Origin: Octopus vulgaris | Taxonomy: Eukaryota | Reading direction: 5' to 3' | DNA length: 64,000 nucleotides | Assembly: GCA_951406725.2 (NCBI GenBank) | Contig: OX597817.1 | Location: forward strand, 22,258,001-22,322,000 | Shown here: one piece after another, positions 58,293 to 64,000 of the stretch | How positions within the stretch are numbered: the first letter of the stretch is position 1 | Layout: each line of letters begins with the position of its first letter | The notes under the pieces: model-generated | What the model was told of the DNA's origin: nothing | Database searches by the model: none | What the model saw: only the letters and a program-made list of their open reading frames with translations | Made by a program: the position numbers and the translations under genes

Positions 58293-59321
58293 TCACTTAT
58301 GGCAGGAGATAGTTGACAATACAGTCAACTGTGAAGGAGGTTTGGCTGCTTATTTTAGCGGGTTGTGCAATTATATGGAAGCTCCTTTGTTAGCATGTAG
58401 TTTAGGTATAAGCATATTCTTAATAAATAAGTGGGTGAATAGTTTAATTGTAATAGCTAGGATTAAACAACAGAATAATGAAAGTTAGATTAGTGACTGA
58501 TAATATAAAAGCATTTGTAATCTCCATTTAGCCACAAATTTTGGATTAATGGACTTGCAAAAGGCTTAATTTATATAAACTATGCCATAACTAGATAACT
58601 GTGATATTGTTATCATAAATTATGATTTTCATGGGCCTGTCAAGAAATATTAAAATGGTTACGCTGATGTAGAGACATTTGTGCTCAGAGTACAAGATAT
58701 GAAGAGAAAGAATCCTTCCAGAATTCTGTTATATAAATAGTTTTTATGATGTAGCGGTTGAAGTCTGAGGGTTAATACCTCATTCAGTACTTTCAAAAAA
58801 GAACAATGTTTTAGAGAAACAAAAGTCGGCAGGTGCTTTTCGTCTTCTCCCATCCTTATCATCCTTGTATCATTATCATTTACCTCATTAATGTCCATGT
58901 CCAGCCTGCAAGCTACCTTACTCTATGTACTGGCTTTATGGCAAATTTAATAAAGTAGTCAGACAGAAAGCTAGTTATCAGGGAGTACAAATATTATGAG
59001 ATTGGTCTCAGCTAGTACATCAGTATGCAAAAATAGATATAGGGAGGGAGGGAACAAGCTTGATCTTTGGTAACTATGGCAATAACTCCAGACATTTTAG
59101 TCTTATTAGACATGAACCATAGTCAATAGAATAAAATGCAAGCTAACATACTTAATATGTTGTATCGAAGAAAAATTAATTTTTAAGTAACTGTAATTAG
59201 AGCTGTAATGAGATGTCATAAGCATTAACGAAAACTCCTTCCATAACAAGCAAGGGAGAAAACATCAAATCATCAACTCAGAAAAAGATTAAACAAAAAT
59301 AAGTGTTGGAATGAGTCTCAC

Positions 59322-59373
59322 CTTTGGTAGCTACGGTGACAATTCCCAATATATTTTTGTCATAATAGAATAC
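59322..59373 (-). CDS. Candidate internal exon, phase 0-1: VFYYDKNILGIVTVATK; protein family not recognised
   Basis: Minus strand reads ttttcttttaag|GTATTC...ACCAAAG|gtgaga; 52 nt; only phase 0 is open. Confidence 0.55.
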
Positions 59374-59765
59374 CTTAAAAGAAAATGTCTTATGACAGTG
59401 TATTAAGACATAAAGCTAATGGCATCATATTGCAGTTTTAGTAACAATTGATTCAAAAATATTTTTGGTTCATTGAATTAAGTATAGTAAACTGTGCTTA
59501 ATTATATGTTCAACTTTCAAAAGGAATTCTTGAGGAGTTTTCTAACATCATTATGAAGTGTTGTGTAATCATGGATTATTTTCCCAACAAAAATTATTTA
59601 CTTTTCAAGTTGTTCCTGGGTCTGATAAATTTCATGTCAGCTATGCTTCAGTAGTTTTTGTATATCTTTGACTGTACAATGAGGTCATGTATAACAAGGA
59701 ATTTGCAAGATCATTCTCACTTGAGTAACAATGATATCTTAAGAACTGGAAAGCAGAGGAAAGGA

Positions 59766-60377
59766 ATCTTTGTGGTTTTCATCACTGTTTACAATTACCT
59801 TTTAAAAATGTTTTAAATGTATCATATAGATGTAATTTTTGAGATTTAATCCGAATTTGTTATTCATTTATTCAAGAAAAATTTTACAAAATTGTTACAG
59901 GTATTCAAAGTTTGATAATTTTCAGAATTTTCAGCCAATCAGAAAACAGCTGATTTGCTGCCTCTTCCACCATCAGCAGGGAGGTGGGGTCATCAGCATG
60001 TGAAAACATTAAACTAGGATTTTATAAAATAAATTATCTTTCTCTCGTATCTCCTTCCCCTCCTTGTGTACATGTGCAGCATCTTTGGTTTCTATAGAAA
60101 CAGTTCTTCACAATCAGTTTTGCAACACCTGGTGCTCCTTTGCTTTGTTTCTATGGAAACAGAAATTTTTGCCGTGGTGATATATAAAATACTCACTTCT
60201 GATTGACTAAAATACCAAACTGTTGAAAATTTTAAAGGCTAATAACTTTTTAATTATGGGTCTATAGAAAAAAAAATGAATATCATTTTCGTAATTAGTA
60301 TACAAGACTTAATCCATATACCAAATTTGAAGACAATTGGAACAAAATTATAAATAGTGATGAAAACCACAAAAATC
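59766..60377. mobile_element. Non-autonomous DNA transposon with ~29-bp TIRs and subterminal inverted repeats
   Basis: atctttgtggttttcatcactgtttacaa / ttataaatagtgatgaaaaccacaaaaat; internal cagccaatcagaa / ttctgattgact. Confidence 0.75.
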
Positions 60378-60619
60378 TGAGAAAAGCCCTAAAATCTAAG
60401 CTGTTAAGAGCGTTCATCTATAGAAAAATTTGTCTGGAGTTGTTACCATAGCTACCAAAGATCATACTCACACTCTATCCTTTTCATATCTCCATTTCAT
60501 TTTTGAACTCTCAACATTCAAGAATTTTCTGCCTTATCACCTTTTGAGAGTAATTACCATTAACTCTCATGACTCATTACTGTTATAATTTTAGTTCAAT
60601 ATTGTGTAATATTTCAAGG

Positions 60620-61090
60620 GATCGGTAGATATAAGGTGCTGCCAAACCTTTTGTAGACAAACAAGAGCTTAAGTGTAACAGATGTGCACAATTATTATTT
60701 GCTGAGACAACCATACTATGAAGACCATGAACTGTTTGAAATTTTCTAGTAAAAGAAGATTTCTGTTACCTGAGTGTCATAATTCGTGATAGAATTAGTT
60801 GTATGATAACGATACAAGATGGAATAGAAATAAAGTGAAAGATATCCTGGGGACACACGTATCTGTTAGTAATAGTGTTTCTACCTTTGTGCAAAACGTA
60901 GACTATTTGAAGTAGGTGTCAGCAGTGATCTCACACAGCATGAGATATTGGCATTAAATATAAATCTGCAGTGATAAGGGATATGATTCCCTATGGTGCA
61001 CGGATGTCCAAACTTGCATTAAGAAAAGATTACCTGTGAGTTACAAAAGCCCATAGAGGTTTCTAGAAGAATCTCCTGTGAGAAGAAAGG
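60620..61090 (+). mobile_element. Degenerate RTE LINE RT-thumb remnant
   Basis: KCNRC, DFCYL..I, KRRLFE.GV.S motifs (FCYLG..KGRLY..CVRS-like). Confidence 0.55.
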
Positions 61091-61251
61091 TGACAGCATT
61101 CATATCAAAATGAAGATTGGAAATGTGCTTGCAATTATTGATGTGTTTAACTTTAGGTCATCATCATTGTTTAACATCCGTTTTCTATGCTGGTGTAGGT
61201 TAGACTGATTAATCAAACCTATGTTCAAATGTGTTATGTTTATGAGCAACA

Positions 61252-61416
61252 TAAGGCGCAAGAGCGGCTGTGTGGTAAGTAGCTTGCTTACCAACCACAT
61301 GGTTCCGGGTTCAGTCCCACTGAGTGGCAACTTGGGCAAGTGTCTTCTATTATAGCCTTGGGCCGACCAAAGCATTGTGAGTGGATTTGGTAGACAGAAA
61401 CTGAAAGAAACCCGTC

Positions 61417-61472
<56 letters not shown>

Positions 61473-61695
61473 TTGTGTGTATATATATTCGTGTTTCTGT
61501 ACTTGTCCCCCCCACAACACCGCTTGACAACCGATGCTGGTGTGTTTATGTCCCCGTCTATTAGCAGTTCGGCAAGAGAGACTGATAGAATAAGTACTAG
61601 GCTTACAAAGAATAAGTTCTGGAGTCGATTTGATCGACTAAAGGTGGTGCTCCAGCATGGCCGCTGTCAAATGACTGAAACAAATAAAAGAATAA
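61252..61695 (+). mobile_element. SINE family A, full length
   Basis: Colinear copy. Confidence 0.92.
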
Positions 61696-62146
61696 AAAAA
61701 AAGAAAAAAAAGAACATTATTGTTTTTATTGAAAAACAGTGTGACTAGAACTACAATATTTAATACGTCCTTCCTTTTAAAAAAAAACAGGGTGTACTCT
61801 GGGATAGATTTAGTATCCATTTCAGCAGGTTAAATGACTGCATAGAGTCGTCTGCTGTTCACATGTTCACATATGTGCTTAGAGTGGAAGGGATTAATGA
61901 CAGTAGAAAAAGTAATTAGAATTAGTGTAAAGTTATTATGTAAGTAATGTTAGTACTTATGCATCTGTGATATAATATGATTCAGTATTTCAATATTCTA
62001 TTCTGGTTTGTCCAACTCATAACAACATCCAATGATGTGTCTTAAAATATACATGGTTAAATGTTCATGAAATACATAATTTCCTGTTCATTGTACATCT
62101 GTTTTAAATGATAATGATGGTTCCATGAAAAAAAACACCAGTACAC

Positions 62147-62505
62147 ACTTAGATAACTTAGATAACTTAGATATGTTTCGCCCAAAGATTGGTCCAGGCC
62201 ATGTATAACTTAATAGCACCACCTGATAGGATTATTCGAATCCTGTTTAAGTCAAGTTTTGTTTAAGTCAAGTTTTGTTCAAGTAGTGAGTTCTTGTTGG
62301 GTGAGTTGTATCCAATTATGGGTGGCTTATCTGGTATTCTTTGAAGGAATCTATCCAGACTCCGTTTAAAGTTGATGGGATCATTTTCCTCTTTGATCTC
62401 CCTCGGGACGATGTTAAATAGGACAGGGCCTGTTGAGGAAAAGAAATTATGTTGCAGTGTACATGTATGTTGTGCTCTTGAATTGGGCAGGGGACGTAAA
62501 GTGTT
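62147..62505 (-). mobile_element. CR1-group LINE 3' end with 9-bp tandem tail
   Basis: FSSTGPVLFNIVPREIK..FKRSLDRFLQRIPDKP..GY..NSL; tail (acttagata)x3 at 62147-62173. Confidence 0.85.
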
Positions 62506-62650
62506 TGATATTAGGTAGAGCATCGAATCACAGAAACCATGCTAAAACAGACAAATGAAGCTAGATATGGCTCTCTGACTTACCAGATGTTGTCAAATTA
62601 TTCAACACATGCCAGCATGGTAAACAAACATAAAACGATGATGAAGATTA

Positions 62651-62688
<38 letters not shown>

Positions 62689-62901
62689 ACATACAAGGCG
62701 TATAACCACATACACATAATCATACACTCACATACACACACTCATATATATAGTAATAATAAGGATAATAATCCAAGGATGGAATTTCATAACTATTTTA
62801 ATGCATGTTTCCCCAAAATCACATCTTTTTGGTATTCTTGTGGAAGCGCAGGTAGTGATGCATTAAAATATCTATGAAATTCCATCCTTTGATTGTTATT
62901 A

Positions 62902-62964
<63 letters not shown>

Positions 62965-63221
62965 GTATTCGTATATTCATCCAGCATCATACCGGTACAA
63001 CTTGGTGCTATCCCATAAAACTGCTGCCGTAAGTTGGAATTACTTGGCCATAGCTGACATAATTGCATAGGAATTTTTATGTGCATACTCAAAAACATTT
63101 CCCACAAACTTAGAGGATATATATATATATGTATATATATATATGTATGTATGTATGTATATGTATGTATATGTGTGTATGTATGTATGAATGTATGTAT
63201 GTATGTATGTATGTATGTATG

Positions 63222-63256
<35 letters not shown>

Positions 63257-63486
63257 AAATAACTATAAAGCATTTTTGTTATAGCAAAAAATGTATGTAA
63301 ATTTTTTAGTTGTCGAGTTGTCCCAGACAGTCTGTGGTTTGTGTTTCTGTCGACCCCATGTCGAATTTATGATTTTTCAGAATGAACTTTTCAAAATGTT
63401 AGTTTTGAATTATGACATTGCTATGTGTGTGTCAAGTTTCATCAGAATCGGTTGAATGTATGAGGGTATGTATGTATGTATGCCGT

Positions 63487-63519
<33 letters not shown>

Positions 63520-63854
63520 GTATGTATATATGTATGCATGTGTATATGTACATGTATACTCATGTAAAAGAGTAATGCACCGAAATACACCTGAGTAATT
63601 AGCATAATTTACTATCGATTTTTCAAGCTGATATGGCTTTGACAGGATCTGACAAGGTACACTATGTCGTGCTAGTCTGCTTTGGTAAGATTTCAAGGGA
63701 ACAAAACCCTTCCTAACACCAATAAGTACATTTTATAGAGAATGCTGGGTACATTTTCCATGACACCAGCACAAAGGAGGTTGCCAAGTAACGCAAAAAA
63801 CTAAAGAGCATCTTTGACTGAGTGAGAGCAGAGAGGGAGATGGCTCTATCCCAG

Positions 63855-64000
63855 GTGTTGTTGTTGTTAAGCAACAAGACAGGTAAGGGTGATTAGGTGA
63901 TTGTCTAGGGCTTAGGGGCGGGAAACCCCAGACCTTGGAAAAAAAAAAACTTTGGTCATCTTGTTGTAGTCGTGGGCTCTTGGTTAACGTCCGACACCAC
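63855..64000 (-). mobile_element. LINE 3' end with (CAA)n tail, same family as 18305-18506; runs off window
   Basis: Inverted near-identity to 18365-18506. Confidence 0.85.

Noticed and set aside
58659-58898. 79-aa minus ORF near the 59322 exon
   Set aside because: No good acceptor, wrong phase, no recognisable motif.

Overview
AT-rich, repeat-dominated animal genomic DNA. The SINE families and the extreme (TA)n/(CA)n/(TATG)n/(TAA)n load suggest a coleoid cephalopod, probably Octopus (inference from pattern recognition, not a database match). Almost all ORFs in the supplied track are microsatellite or SINE artefacts. Splice-signal reading suggests the 3' ends of two convergent genes. (1) On +, a 150-nt phase-1/1 exon (14500-14649) splices in frame to a terminal exon (21347-21459) encoding a P/S/T/N-rich stalk and a GPI-anchor-like C-terminus. 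(2) On -, a 52-nt exon (59373-59322) is followed by several phase-compatible candidate alternative last exons, one encoding a transmembrane anchor (36551-36415). The rest consists of at least five SINE families, LINE remnants (Dong/R4 in TAA repeats, RTE, CR1, Jockey/I-like), a Gypsy pol remnant, piggyBac-type and fold-back MITEs, and minisatellites. About ten Penelope-like fragments sit in or near TA microsatellites and carry intact or decayed minimal hammerhead ribozymes. Highlights: a hammerhead with a compensatory G3-C8 core, hammerheads with C4 cores, inversions or truncations pivoting on the ribozyme, a TSD-flanked 5S rRNA/tRNA-SINE chimera, and the alternative last-exon array. Repeat boundaries are approximate; nothing was confirmed by database search.
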